Part shown: piece after piece, positions 39,053-48,934 of the stretch
Layout of the letters: the number at the start of each line of letters is the position of its first letter
Numbering within the stretch: the first letter of the stretch is position 1
Source: an uncultured virus (IMG/VR IMGVR_UViG_3300042861_002315)
Taxonomy: Duplodnaviria; Heunggongvirae; Uroviricota; Caudoviricetes
DNA length: 64,000 bases
IMG/VR virus record: IMGVR_UViG_3300042861_002315
Reading direction: 5' to 3' (one strand)
Notes under the pieces: model-generated
What the model was told of the DNA's origin: nothing
What the model saw: only the letters and a program-made list of their open reading frames with translations
Databases searched by the model: none
Position numbers and translations under genes: made by a program

Positions 39053-42000
39053 ACTGCATAAGCACTACTAGGAGGCACAAAACTTGCCCCATTGTAAAGC
39101 GAAATCCTCCTATACACCACAAACGAATCTAAATTGATGTTCAAGCCACTTGTAGTTATTGCAGTGGCTTGTCCTATTTGTGCATCAGTGTTCCAATCAC
39201 GATACTCATAATCATCAGTAGCTTCATACACTCTAACTCCACCAACATACAGTCTCATCGTTCCATTCTGTTTCGTCAGGGCGATGTGATTGAACGCAGT
39301 CGAGGATAGCGGCAAAGCGACAGAAAAGAGAGCAAGTCCAAACACTAATGAACGACCTAGATACAATCGGTCGGCAGAAAAGAACATGGCTAATCCCTGC
39401 TGGCTATATATGTTGACTACTTCGCCATTGGTAGCTCGGTCAGTCAGTAACCAACCTGCAATAGTGAAATCACTTGACAGAAAAGAATAGTCTGAGTCAT
39501 TTGGTATTTGCACATAAGCTGGCACACTGTTCTTGGCGATAGGGAAGCTGGCGGCTCCGAACTTCTTGGTCACAGTGTCAAGTACCGAAATGTTGCTACT
39601 CAAGGTCTTGGCGCGATAGCTTTGGTCAACGATGCTACTATCGAAATTCAACAACGTAACTATCTTGGCTGGCTGGTAGTAGTCACGAATGCTTCGCTCG
39701 ATGGCAGAAAAAGAAGTTGGACTTATCTTGTAGTCTACAATACAAAACATAGCTACACTACCTTTCACGCTCCTGTCCTCGAACACCCTGTCCTTGGCAA
39801 TTGAATTGATGGTAACTAGGTCAGTGGAGTTGAAAATGACCACACTGAGCGATTCTTCAGGTAGTACATAATCACGCTCTCTTTCTGCACCGTTCGCCCA
39901 AACGTCCCCGTAGAAGTCATTCGCTAGTAGTTCTCCATTGTTTCCAGAATTGAAAATGTTATTGCTATTCTGACCAAACAAGAAAGCTGCTCCAGTTTGC
40001 CCTGATTTGCGAATGTAAGCTATGACAAAGCAGTAACCACTACTACTGCTAGGAGTGCCAAAGTCGAGGTGTGAGGAGCCATCTATGTTGAATCGAGCCG
40101 CAGGTAGTCCGTCGGTCTGGATTGGGGTGATATAGTTTACTGCATTCACTCCGAGAAGTTCCTGACCATTGGTGCGATACTCATCAAGTTGAAGTATGTT
40201 GCCCCCTGATAGTGTTACGGTTTCAGGAGTCACGATGAAGAATGAACTGAAGGTATTAAGCAGTCCTTTCAAGTTGATGTAAAGCTGATTAGTAAGTAAA
40301 GTGATGCTGACGCTAAAACTAAAAGTGACAGACTCTGTAGCTGTGTAGGCTCGGATGGTAAAACTGATAAAGTCGTCGGTTGGGCAAGTGAAAATGAGGT
40401 CGTTACCAACAACAGTCGCTGAATAGTGATTAACTAGTATCTCGTAGCTAACTGCATTACCCGCAATCTCAGTAACCTTTTTGTTAAGGTTAACAATAAC
40501 GTCTGATGCATACCTAAACTCAGTTGCAGTGCTAAACAGTATTAAAGTTGAATCAAAAAATTTCTCGGCAAGAAGGTGCGTAGCAATATTAAGCTCACTA
40601 TCAGATAGGGCTTCCGACCACCCGATAAAGTACAATAACTCCCCTTTTAGTTGTGAAGTGAACCCACTAAAAGATATAGACGAAGCATTGTTAGTTGCTG
40701 TAATGATTGCCCCATACTCAGTTGGCAATCGGTAATTGAAAGCATTAACCCCAACTTTATTTACTCTTGTGTTGAGTTGCGTAATTGCAGTTGTGCCAAA
40801 AATTTCTTCGCTGTTAGATGTTGTCCACAAAACTCCATTGGCAAATATATCTGGAAAGCCATTAGCCATAAATCGCTCTCCAATCTGTTTTTGCTTATAC
40901 ACCCAAATGAAAGTCTTGCAAGAGACTGAAGTACCTAAAAGTGTTCGAGGTAGGGAGCTATTAGTAATGAAAGACAACTTTGTTCCATCATAAGTTATCT
41001 GATTGACGTTATCTACAGTGCTGCCTACATACAAAGGCTTATCGGGTAAGCGACGACTATCTTCCCACTTGGTTATATTACCTACATTATCGGTATAAGC
41101 CCCATAAGGAATGTCATCTTCGTCTCTAAGCGTAGACAAAGATACGCTTATGTTAGGTTGCTGAGGGAACTCTAGTACAAAAGGGTCAGGTCTAACTGCT
41201 TCTAATGCAAAGCTGAATGTAGATACCATGCTATTGCTGTTAGTGATAGTTATGGTAATCTCTCCTTCAAATACTTCTGGCACATATCCCGACAAAACTG
41301 AATCTGTAAAACTTAGCCCAATTCCGCTTGGTGCGACATAAGTGTACGCAGTAATATCAAAAAATTCATCGACTGCAATAGTTGCGAAATCGAAACTAAA
41401 AAATTGCCCGACAAATACTCTGAAAACAGGTTGCGAGGAAAGAACTACTCCGTTATAGTTAACGTAAATTTCGGCTAACTTCGCCTCTACCGCAGCAAGG
41501 ATATCTAAGGGACAAGGTGAAGCTGATGTAATAATAGCCGCAATCTTACCTTGGATACTCTTCCCCCCATCTCTATGACTTCCTCCAAAACCGCTTATAC
41601 TCTCGCTTTGGTTGCTATTTGATATGTCAGTTACACTAAGAACTCTTGGACTACCCAGAGGGACAAAAGTAGTAGGAGATACAAGGCGGCTGTTGATGCG
41701 TGATGTAGCGTCATAGACAGAATTATTTGCTAAAGGCTCTTGCGCCCACAGACCAGAACCGCCCGAAGGGAAAGCATCATAGAAAACGGGAGGATTATTT
41801 CCCATTTGTCGAGGAGCAAACACCAAGTAACTGCCAGAAACTCTTGTTAAGTAGACAATAATAATAGTACCTACTTGAACGGGTCTATAAAAAAGCAACT
41901 TTTGAGTCCCTGCATCAGAAAACTCTATACTGGGTCGATTGTTAAATTGGCTGTCACTTGGTATTAACGTGGGGGCTGCACCCGAAGCTTGCAAAAAATT

Positions 42001-42198
42001 TCCATCAAACAAAAGATTAAAAATAGTTTGGACTTGATTACCAGCAGTTGAACCTATCTTTGAGAACTCTAAAAATTCTGGGTCACATAAGTACAGCCCA
42101 TTCAAGTCGGGGATTAGTTTGGCTACATCGTATACCTGACTAACGTATGAGTACCCAGCAGAAAAAGAATGGTTAAATGCTGCCGATAATTTCATCAA
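39049..42198 (-). CDS. Tail fibre/receptor-binding protein with multiple LamG-like and Ig-like domains (1049 aa)
   Basis: C-terminal LLNFD...DFTIAGW...FNHIALTKQNGTMRLYVGG LamG motif; repeated beta-sandwich units. Confidence 0.75.
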   Translation of the reverse strand: MMKLSAAFNHSFSAGYSYVSQVYDVAKLIPDLNGLYLCDPEFLEFSKIGSTAGNQVQTIFNLLFDGNFLQASGAAPTLIPSDSQFNNRPSIEFSDAGTQKLLFYRPVQVGTIIIVYLTRVSGSYLVFAPRQMGNNPPVFYDAFPSGGSGLWAQEPLANNSVYDATSRINSRLVSPTTFVPLGSPRVLSVTDISNSNQSESISGFGGSHRDGGKSIQGKIAAIITSASPCPLDILAAVEAKLAEIYVNYNGVVLSSQPVFRVFVGQFFSFDFATIAVDEFFDITAYTYVAPSGIGLSFTDSVLSGYVPEVFEGEITITITNSNSMVSTFSFALEAVRPDPFVLEFPQQPNISVSLSTLRDEDDIPYGAYTDNVGNITKWEDSRRLPDKPLYVGSTVDNVNQITYDGTKLSFITNSSLPRTLLGTSVSCKTFIWVYKQKQIGERFMANGFPDIFANGVLWTTSNSEEIFGTTAITQLNTRVNKVGVNAFNYRLPTEYGAIITATNNASSISFSGFTSQLKGELLYFIGWSEALSDSELNIATHLLAEKFFDSTLILFSTATEFRYASDVIVNLNKKVTEIAGNAVSYEILVNHYSATVVGNDLIFTCPTDDFISFTIRAYTATESVTFSFSVSITLLTNQLYINLKGLLNTFSSFFIVTPETVTLSGGNILQLDEYRTNGQELLGVNAVNYITPIQTDGLPAARFNIDGSSHLDFGTPSSSSGYCFVIAYIRKSGQTGAAFLFGQNSNNIFNSGNNGELLANDFYGDVWANGAERERDYVLPEESLSVVIFNSTDLVTINSIAKDRVFEDRSVKGSVAMFCIVDYKISPTSFSAIERSIRDYYQPAKIVTLLNFDSSIVDQSYRAKTLSSNISVLDTVTKKFGAASFPIAKNSVPAYVQIPNDSDYSFLSSDFTIAGWLLTDRATNGEVVNIYSQQGLAMFFSADRLYLGRSLVFGLALFSVALPLSSTAFNHIALTKQNGTMRLYVGGVRVYEATDDYEYRDWNTDAQIGQATAITTSGLNINLDSFVVYRRISLYNGASFVPPSSAYAV

Positions 42199-42700
42199 GC
42201 TTTACTTTGGTATATGCGGTGAGCAAATTAGATATAATATCATAATAGCAAGGGAAACCTAAGTCTTTCCATGTTTGTAAAAAAACTATCCAACCCTCAT
42301 CTTTGGTTGAATAATTTTTGATTTTGTCTATTTCTTTTTCTGTTAGTGGCTTTGTTGTGAAATAGTTTTTAATATTTTGAATAGGAGGCAAAGGAGGCAC
42401 AACTGGCTTATCACTTATTTCTGTCAAATTTCTTACTAGCCATCTCCATGCTTCTACAGATTCTTTTGTTTCTTCTGATAAGTGCGAGGCATTAGTAACC
42501 CAATCGACACTCTCTAACGCTGCTTTTCTTTGCTCTTTAGTGGGGTTTGGTGCGATTGGTTCAGAGACGAGGCTATAGCCGTACAGGAGTAAAGTTTCAT
42601 CGTCTATATAGCTAGGTTGAACTACACTGCCAAGTTGCTTAAGAATGTTATTGATGGCGGAAGAACGAGTATGAACGATACCATCTTTTCTGTAAAGCAT
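42173..42700 (-). CDS. Putative tail fibre assembly chaperone
   Basis: LESVDWV...AWRWLVRNLTE...PVVPPLP resembles fibre-chaperone C-termini; likely start MLYRK at 42700. Confidence 0.5.
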   Translation of the reverse strand: MLYRKDGIVHTRSSAINNILKQLGSVVQPSYIDDETLLLYGYSLVSEPIAPNPTKEQRKAALESVDWVTNASHLSEETKESVEAWRWLVRNLTEISDKPVVPPLPPIQNIKNYFTTKPLTEKEIDKIKNYSTKDEGWIVFLQTWKDLGFPCYYDIISNLLTAYTKVKLDEIIGSI

Positions 42701-43473
42701 TAAATAATCCTCAGTTTCTTTTTTACCCAATCTTTAATCTTAACAAATCGCGAAGTCCCTCTATCATAAATTAAATTGTTAACTAATACAGCTTTTTGAT
42801 ATGCTAACTGTTTCGTTGTTTCGCTCCATCCTATTTCCACTTCACACTTTTCATAGGAGTCATACTGTACAAAAATTACCCCGTGAGGTGCATCTGCAAT
42901 ATCATCAATTAAAAGACAGATATATTGCCCAAACATATAGCAGCTATGTAAAAATCTCTTTTGTTTGACAGAAATATTTGGTAAATCTTGGTGTGTGTGA
43001 ATGTACTGCTGATTTGCTTTAAGGCTGATAAGCATATTGTAATCAGATACTGTCATTACTGAGTAAGTGTCTATATCTTTCAGTTTGTAACTTACAGGCT
43101 CTACGCCCAACCTAGTAGCTTCTGCTAGGACAGACAACCTTTTCCAGTGATATAGAGTATTTTTCTTGCCGTTATGAAAACCTGCGATAAGTACTCGGTC
43201 GGCTTTTGTCAGCTCTCTTAGCTCTACTGCAATATCATCTAAAGACTCCAATAATTGCAGGTCGCTCCCTCTTAATAAATCAATAGCAAACTCAACAGGT
43301 TTTGTTTTAAATAAATCCACTATGTTTTTTGTAACCAGAAGCAGCAAAAGAAGAGTATTCAGGTTTACATCTGCTGGCAAATATACAGTTACGCCAAATA
43401 TGTCAAAACTTGAGTTTGGAATTTCCTTGCCCTCTATTGCCTTTTTTTCTCCAGACCCATATTCAAAATACAT
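42700..43473 (-). CDS. Membrane-anchored GAF-like domain protein (possible holin)
   Basis: N-terminal hydrophobic LLLLLLV; ELRELTKADRVLIAGFHNG GAF-like motif. Confidence 0.5.
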   Translation of the reverse strand: MYFEYGSGEKKAIEGKEIPNSSFDIFGVTVYLPADVNLNTLLLLLLVTKNIVDLFKTKPVEFAIDLLRGSDLQLLESLDDIAVELRELTKADRVLIAGFHNGKKNTLYHWKRLSVLAEATRLGVEPVSYKLKDIDTYSVMTVSDYNMLISLKANQQYIHTHQDLPNISVKQKRFLHSCYMFGQYICLLIDDIADAPHGVIFVQYDSYEKCEVEIGWSETTKQLAYQKAVLVNNLIYDRGTSRFVKIKDWVKKKLRII

Positions 43474-44446
43474 TTAGATTTCTATTCTTATGTAGCACGA
43501 TAATCTTTAGTTTAACATCATCTTTATATATCAACAGAGTATAGGTATTGTCTTTGCCTTTCATTTTACCGATATAGCCATTTTCAAAACAAATAGCTGC
43601 TTGAGACGAAGTTAAGCTTAAGATTCCTGCAAAATTTAGCAAGTTAAGCGTGAAAAATTTGCAATGCTCTTGATTGATTACAACGTCTAGAGCTAAAACT
43701 TTCACCTCGTCACTACACACTAAACTGGCGGCTGAGTATTGTATTGTATCTATTTGAAGGGAAGAGACTGGAGTGGTTGCTAGTAAATTTTGACAGAAAG
43801 AAGGAGAGTTTAAGATGGTTTTACCATTACCATTCAATGCTCTTCCCAGTATGGGCGACCTATCCCAGATAATGCTTAAGGGTAAAATCCTATAAGTTAG
43901 CCCAAAACCACCAAAGCGCGGCTCTTCAAAGTAAGAAACAAAAACCCCATATGACGGAGTTGCAAAAGTTACGTCGTCAAATCGTCCAAGCGCTGAAGCT
44001 TCGGGAAAATAATTCCAACTACCAGATATCCCGTTAGTAGTGTAAGTAAGTGCATACTTATTAGGGGAGATACCATCCGCTACGTCGTTTAATTGAGCAA
44101 CACTATACTCTTTTCTGCCCACATTAATAACAGCGCCAAGAGAAGTCACTGCAAGGTATTCACCACCTCCAGATATATTAGTTCCTTCTATATCTTTAAG
44201 ATAGATATTAGGCACAACAGTGATTAACTTACCTCTGTAGTATCTAAGTATGGCTCCATCTGAATAAGAAGAGTATTCGATAAAGTCTTTGAGTTGACGT
44301 TTGCTGTTCCCCGTAATAGCTATACCATTACTATATGTTTTTGTAGTAATGTTTTTAGACATAAATCCTAAAAGCAAAGTGCCTACAGGAATCAGATTGT
44401 AGTCGGCTGCGCTCTCATTTACTGTGTGTGGAAATATGGTAGTCAT
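43463..44446 (-). CDS. Hypothetical structural protein (327 aa)
   Basis: Beta-rich ORF in fibre cluster. Confidence 0.55.
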   Translation of the reverse strand: MTTIFPHTVNESAADYNLIPVGTLLLGFMSKNITTKTYSNGIAITGNSKRQLKDFIEYSSYSDGAILRYYRGKLITVVPNIYLKDIEGTNISGGGEYLAVTSLGAVINVGRKEYSVAQLNDVADGISPNKYALTYTTNGISGSWNYFPEASALGRFDDVTFATPSYGVFVSYFEEPRFGGFGLTYRILPLSIIWDRSPILGRALNGNGKTILNSPSFCQNLLATTPVSSLQIDTIQYSAASLVCSDEVKVLALDVVINQEHCKFFTLNLLNFAGILSLTSSQAAICFENGYIGKMKGKDNTYTLLIYKDDVKLKIIVLHKNRNLNVF

Positions 44447-46290
44447 GAAAATATCTGATTGCCAATACTGTGGTGAAAGTAATTGAACGACTGCGAGTGA
44501 ACTACATCTTCAAGACCACCCAAGCGCCCAAACCTCATAGCTGGAGGCTGATAAACTGCATCAGTATAGCGCCCCTTACCAACTGTCAGTCGAACTGAGT
44601 CAAGTCGTCCAATCAAACTAATAGTGGCGGAAGAAATAGCTAAATTTGTTACGGGAGAATCAATGGCAAGACCTTCTTTTTCTGTCAACAATTGACCATC
44701 ACAATGCACCTTGATGCTCGTCCCAACTCGCGTGACAGAAAAGAATATGTAGCGGCTGTTCTGGTATCTAAAAAGTCGGTTGGCGTTATCAAATGTGTAG
44801 GTGTTAGCGCCAATAACCAGAGTGAACGTGAGGTTTTGTGTACTGGTTGTTAATTGACCTGTATAACTAATCTTAAAGTTGGTTGAGTCAAAATATTTGT
44901 GTGTGACTGACGTAGTTGATTCGTAAAATGCTGTGTTTTGGTATTGCAGATAAAATTCAAATGTGAAGTCGCCTGTGACATTGATAGTGGCAGCAGGGGT
45001 GATGGTAATGGTGTCGATGCTGTTATCGAACTCTGCAATTTGGTTAGGGATGCCGAAGGTCGTGATGTCAGTATCTTGTTGCGTTACCCCTAATATTGCA
45101 ACTGGAACTGATAAGCTACTCTTGTCCTCATACCAAAGCTTGCTGCGCCATGATTGCGCCTCAAAGTCGAGTAATAGTTTGACGTACTTAAAATAGTCAT
45201 CATAAAGTTTAGGAGCCGCCAGTAGTTGTGCTTGGTTATCTACGATGTCATATCGCCATGCAGGTATTCCGCCTTGCCCCAGCGCAGCTATATTAAGTGC
45301 AGTTGCTGTGACGTAAGTGGTAATTGTTCCCCCGACGTTCTGAACCAGTACTGTGATGATGTCAGTTTTGCCATTGCCTGATAGCTTAATCGCTCTACCA
45401 TCTTCGTACTTGACGTTAGTTAGACCGCCAATGAGAATCTGACCAGTGTTTTGCCGTATCTCAATCAACATCACGGCTGCTTGATTATTTGCTGGCGCGA
45501 TTTGTGGCAACAAGATGCACTGTGACTGAGTTTCTACGGCTACACCCGTTACAATCCAATAATCCGCAGTAGCATAAGGCAGATTAATAGTGGGAGCATT
45601 ACCCACCACTGTACCAACATTAGTAAAAGAATTATAAAGATAATTGCCATTGGCGTTAAGGTTTGCACCCAATGTCGGGTTAGGGTCACGAACAATTTGC
45701 AGGTCTTGATTGCTCCAGACAGTCCCACCAACATCAAGTGAAAGTATTTGGAATCGGTGTGGGTTGTCTACTAATCCTGTAGTTGGGGTTATCTCAACGT
45801 CATCAAGTTCATTTACTAAGTTGATTCTATTGCGAGGCTTCCATCTTGCTGCGGTTGCGTCCCAATACAGTACTTGATTGTTTTCCAGTGTGCTTAAATC
45901 TACGTCTGTAAGCTGTGACAATGCATAATCTGGACTTGCATTCACATAGGCTTCACGAAGCGCGTCATAGCGCAAATACTGTCCATTTGTGGGACTGTTT
46001 ATTTCTACATCACTAAGCCTAGTGAGACTGCCAATCTGTGATGCTGCTGTAAAACCGTTGCCTTGCTTGACTAGGAAATCGCCTTCACGCGCATTATTTA
46101 TATTGACATCTTGAAGCTCCGTAAACTTCTGAACCCCCTTGCCAATCTCCAGTACTTTGCCAGTGAAGTCCTTCGTATAAAGAACTGCTTGCTCATCTTT
46201 AAGCGCTAAGACAAGTTCACCAACAGCAATTTCGTGTGGTGCTGGTAGTGAGTCGCTGTTTAAGGTGTGTTTAAGAATTGATGCTGGCAC
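44443..46290 (-). CDS. Tail fibre protein with L..L.DV.I repeats and C-terminal LamG-like domain
   Basis: Four repeats (FTELQDVNI, LTRLSDVEI, LSQLTDVDL, VNELDDVEI); DDYFKYVKLLL...GDFTFEFY...LDSVRLTVGKGRY. Confidence 0.75.
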   Translation of the reverse strand: MPASILKHTLNSDSLPAPHEIAVGELVLALKDEQAVLYTKDFTGKVLEIGKGVQKFTELQDVNINNAREGDFLVKQGNGFTAASQIGSLTRLSDVEINSPTNGQYLRYDALREAYVNASPDYALSQLTDVDLSTLENNQVLYWDATAARWKPRNRINLVNELDDVEITPTTGLVDNPHRFQILSLDVGGTVWSNQDLQIVRDPNPTLGANLNANGNYLYNSFTNVGTVVGNAPTINLPYATADYWIVTGVAVETQSQCILLPQIAPANNQAAVMLIEIRQNTGQILIGGLTNVKYEDGRAIKLSGNGKTDIITVLVQNVGGTITTYVTATALNIAALGQGGIPAWRYDIVDNQAQLLAAPKLYDDYFKYVKLLLDFEAQSWRSKLWYEDKSSLSVPVAILGVTQQDTDITTFGIPNQIAEFDNSIDTITITPAATINVTGDFTFEFYLQYQNTAFYESTTSVTHKYFDSTNFKISYTGQLTTSTQNLTFTLVIGANTYTFDNANRLFRYQNSRYIFFSVTRVGTSIKVHCDGQLLTEKEGLAIDSPVTNLAISSATISLIGRLDSVRLTVGKGRYTDAVYQPPAMRFGRLGGLEDVVHSQSFNYFHHSIGNQIFS

Positions 46291-46663
46291 AGGTCTGAGG
46301 TGTTAGTTGATTATGTAGGCGTTCGAGATATTCAAGGCTAGTCAAGTCATGTTCGATAGGTGTTGGGGTAAGTACCCTGATAATGCTGTACCAATCTCCA
46401 GCATCAGCTAATTTATTGAGGCTATACTTTTTCCAGTCGTTTGCAATTTTATAAAGTAGGTCAAAATCGTTTTGGTACAAGAACTCTCTAGTCAGGTACA
46501 ACACCTGAGACAGAAAATACAACTGGCGTTGTTGAGTACTTAAATCTAGAGCCACTACAAGGTCGCGCCAATGAAGCATGAACATTTTGACTTTAGCCAT
46601 CGGAAAGGATAGCGAAGAGCTGTATACAAGTTTGTCTGTGATGTAGTCTTTGGGGTTATTCAT
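46271..46663 (-). CDS. Hypothetical protein (~130 aa)
   Basis: Likely start MNNPKDY at 46663, just after the TerL stop. Confidence 0.55.
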   Translation of the reverse strand: MNNPKDYITDKLVYSSSLSFPMAKVKMFMLHWRDLVVALDLSTQQRQLYFLSQVLYLTREFLYQNDFDLLYKIANDWKKYSLNKLADAGDWYSIIRVLTPTPIEHDLTSLEYLERLHNQLTPQTCASINS

Positions 46664-46670
46664 ATTGTGG

Positions 46671-48353
46671 CTAGAATTGGATGGCGTTGATTTCTTCGCA
46701 GTTAGGGATGCTATCAGTGAATATAAGTAGGTCGTTGCTTTCATTATAGTCTGGACTGTATTTACGAGCAAACTTATCATTTTCCCAATACTCGTCTTCA
46801 GTGAGGTAATTTTTGTCATCGCCAAATAGCATAATAGTGTTGTTGCTTGTTTTTTGACTGAGGTAGCCTATAACATAAGCCACGCAGTCTACCCATTCGT
46901 TAGTGGAGAATAGGGGGAAGCCAACCAGCTCGTTTATAGCGTGGTCTGGGTCATAAGTCTCATCAAGAGTGTAGTCAGTCGAGTGTGGTTTGTAAAAGTA
47001 TAATTGACCATTCTTGATGTAAGGAACAGCAGCGCCAAAACGTTTCTCTTTATCAGCCTGTGCTTTTCCACCCCACTCACTAGGACGAAAAGGTACGATG
47101 TTGGGGAACTCACTAGCAAGCAAGCGCATCACTGCTTCGCCATTAGCTTTCGCCTCAACACCAATTTCAGCTTCAGGATATTTCTTGGCTAGTTTTTTGA
47201 TAGCTGCCATTTGCCCCACGATGTCCAGCTTTGCGCGAATACCATCAATGACATAATAGTTGTCTTCTTTTCTGCCTACCACAGCACCAAGATTCCACGA
47301 TGTAGAGGCTTGAGATGCTGCAAAGGTCAAGTCCCACATAATAATCATAGAATCTAGCTTAGTGGGTTTTTGAGATACAATTCTGATATCTGTTTCACTG
47401 ATGGTTATGCCTTTGCCACCACCACTGGGGTCTTGATTGAATAGAGTTTTACGGCGGATTGGGTCTAATCCATCTAATAATTTTAAAGGTATTCTGGTTT
47501 TATCTAGCAATTGCCCTTCTGTTTTTCTGGGGTCATTCCACTTTTCACCCAAAGGAGAGAAGTAAGTTTTGCGTTTAGCGAACTCAGCAGGTATACAAAG
47601 TTCAAAAAAACAGTCTTCTCCTATAAATTTGTTATGTAAATGATTTACAAGGTCGCTATCGCCTAGTCTTTGATTGATAGCTATTCGGACATCTGAGTTA
47701 AAATCATTAGTTCTACCGAATAACTGGTCAGTCACCCACTTATTTCTCTGTTCTCGTATAGACTCATTTTTATACATCTCTTCATCGATAATGTCATCTA
47801 TAAGAAATACAGTGCCTCCACTACCGATAATACCTGTATCTGGAGATGATATATTTATCTCTCCCTTACCTGTATTGCTAATCTTAGTCTTAGTTGATTG
47901 GTCGTCTGATAATTTAAAACTGAACCATTCGTGGTTTGGATTACAGTATCTATTCTTATAATCTGGGTGATTAACAATATTTCGAGTTGCAATCAGGTTA
48001 CTAGTGCATAAACCTAACTTGTGTGAACTCAGATAGAATTTTTCTTCAGGGTGGGATATCCACCTAAATGCAGGAGCAGAGATAGAAGTGATAGTCGTCT
48101 TCCCGCTACGAGGAGGTACAGTAACAATTAGTCGCTTTATTTGTCGATTTAAAGCTGCCTCTACGTGTTCAGCAACACAGTCAATGTGCCAGTTTTTCTC
48201 TAAAGGAACACCTTGATGAAAACCCCAAGCCCATGCGTAGAAGTGGCGCAACTTTTTACTTGCTTTTTCTGCCAATACATCATCGAGTGCATCTGTCATT
48301 TGCCGAAGCTCGGCATCACTCATATCATTAGAATTTTTCTGTCTGATTGCCAT
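46671..48353 (-). CDS. terL: Terminase large subunit
   Basis: VTVPPRSGKT Walker A, FLIDD Walker B, RNase H-like WDLTF...VEAKANG...EWVDC. Confidence 0.95.
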   Translation of the reverse strand: MAIRQKNSNDMSDAELRQMTDALDDVLAEKASKKLRHFYAWAWGFHQGVPLEKNWHIDCVAEHVEAALNRQIKRLIVTVPPRSGKTTITSISAPAFRWISHPEEKFYLSSHKLGLCTSNLIATRNIVNHPDYKNRYCNPNHEWFSFKLSDDQSTKTKISNTGKGEINISSPDTGIIGSGGTVFLIDDIIDEEMYKNESIREQRNKWVTDQLFGRTNDFNSDVRIAINQRLGDSDLVNHLHNKFIGEDCFFELCIPAEFAKRKTYFSPLGEKWNDPRKTEGQLLDKTRIPLKLLDGLDPIRRKTLFNQDPSGGGKGITISETDIRIVSQKPTKLDSMIIMWDLTFAASQASTSWNLGAVVGRKEDNYYVIDGIRAKLDIVGQMAAIKKLAKKYPEAEIGVEAKANGEAVMRLLASEFPNIVPFRPSEWGGKAQADKEKRFGAAVPYIKNGQLYFYKPHSTDYTLDETYDPDHAINELVGFPLFSTNEWVDCVAYVIGYLSQKTSNNTIMLFGDDKNYLTEDEYWENDKFARKYSPDYNESNDLLIFTDSIPNCEEINAIQF

Positions 48354-48398
48354 GCTTATGTATGTTATCTTATACTAAGCAATCATATCACTTTCCTT

Positions 48399-48737
48399 GT
48401 GGCTCGATTCAAAGTTCAGATTAAAGATAGCATCCTTAAGCAGCCTGTCAAGCGCTACATACCAACTGACATAATTGGAGTACAGTTCTTGATTGACTTT
48501 GCTAAATGTGATGCCAAAAATCCACGCACTATCGAGTATTTAAAAGTTATCATGCCGTCAGAAAAAAATATTGTGGCAGCTAATGCAGTGATGGTGTGGA
48601 TAGTAACGCATAAAGAACTAGACTTGAAATTATATAGCCCATTAAAGAACGTGGTAGAGTACATAGACAACAATCAAGCGCCTTACGGCGTGCAGAAAAA
48701 AGAAATAAGGTCGGGAACTAAAAGATGTACAGAGTAG
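48399..48737 (+). CDS. Hypothetical protein (~112 aa)
   Basis: Likely GTG start at 48399, divergent from terL. Confidence 0.5.
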   Translation: MARFKVQIKDSILKQPVKRYIPTDIIGVQFLIDFAKCDAKNPRTIEYLKVIMPSEKNIVAANAVMVWIVTHKELDLKLYSPLKNVVEYIDNNQAPYGVQKKEIRSGTKRCTE

Positions 48738-48934
48738 TTAAACTTGATAACGAACTGTGGGGTGTACAGCAAAAGGTGTTGTTGTGGTGGTTGAACTATA
48801 GCGTCGTACAATGGGTATCTGAGAACAATTTTCATAGTGTACCTGAAAAAATACCTGTAGCATTCTTTTCGCAAGAAGAGGCTGAAGATTTTGTTGAATT
48901 ACTTAATAATGGAGAATTAAAAGATGGCAAATAG
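48725..48934 (+). CDS. Small hypothetical protein (69 aa)
   Basis: Coupled ORF. Confidence 0.55.
   Translation: MYRVVKLDNELWGVQQKVLLWWLNYSVVQWVSENNFHSVPEKIPVAFFSQEEAEDFVELLNNGELKDGK

Noticed and set aside
1..46290. Diversity-generating retroelement targeting fibre genes
   Set aside because: No reverse transcriptase and no template/variable repeat pair noticed in this window
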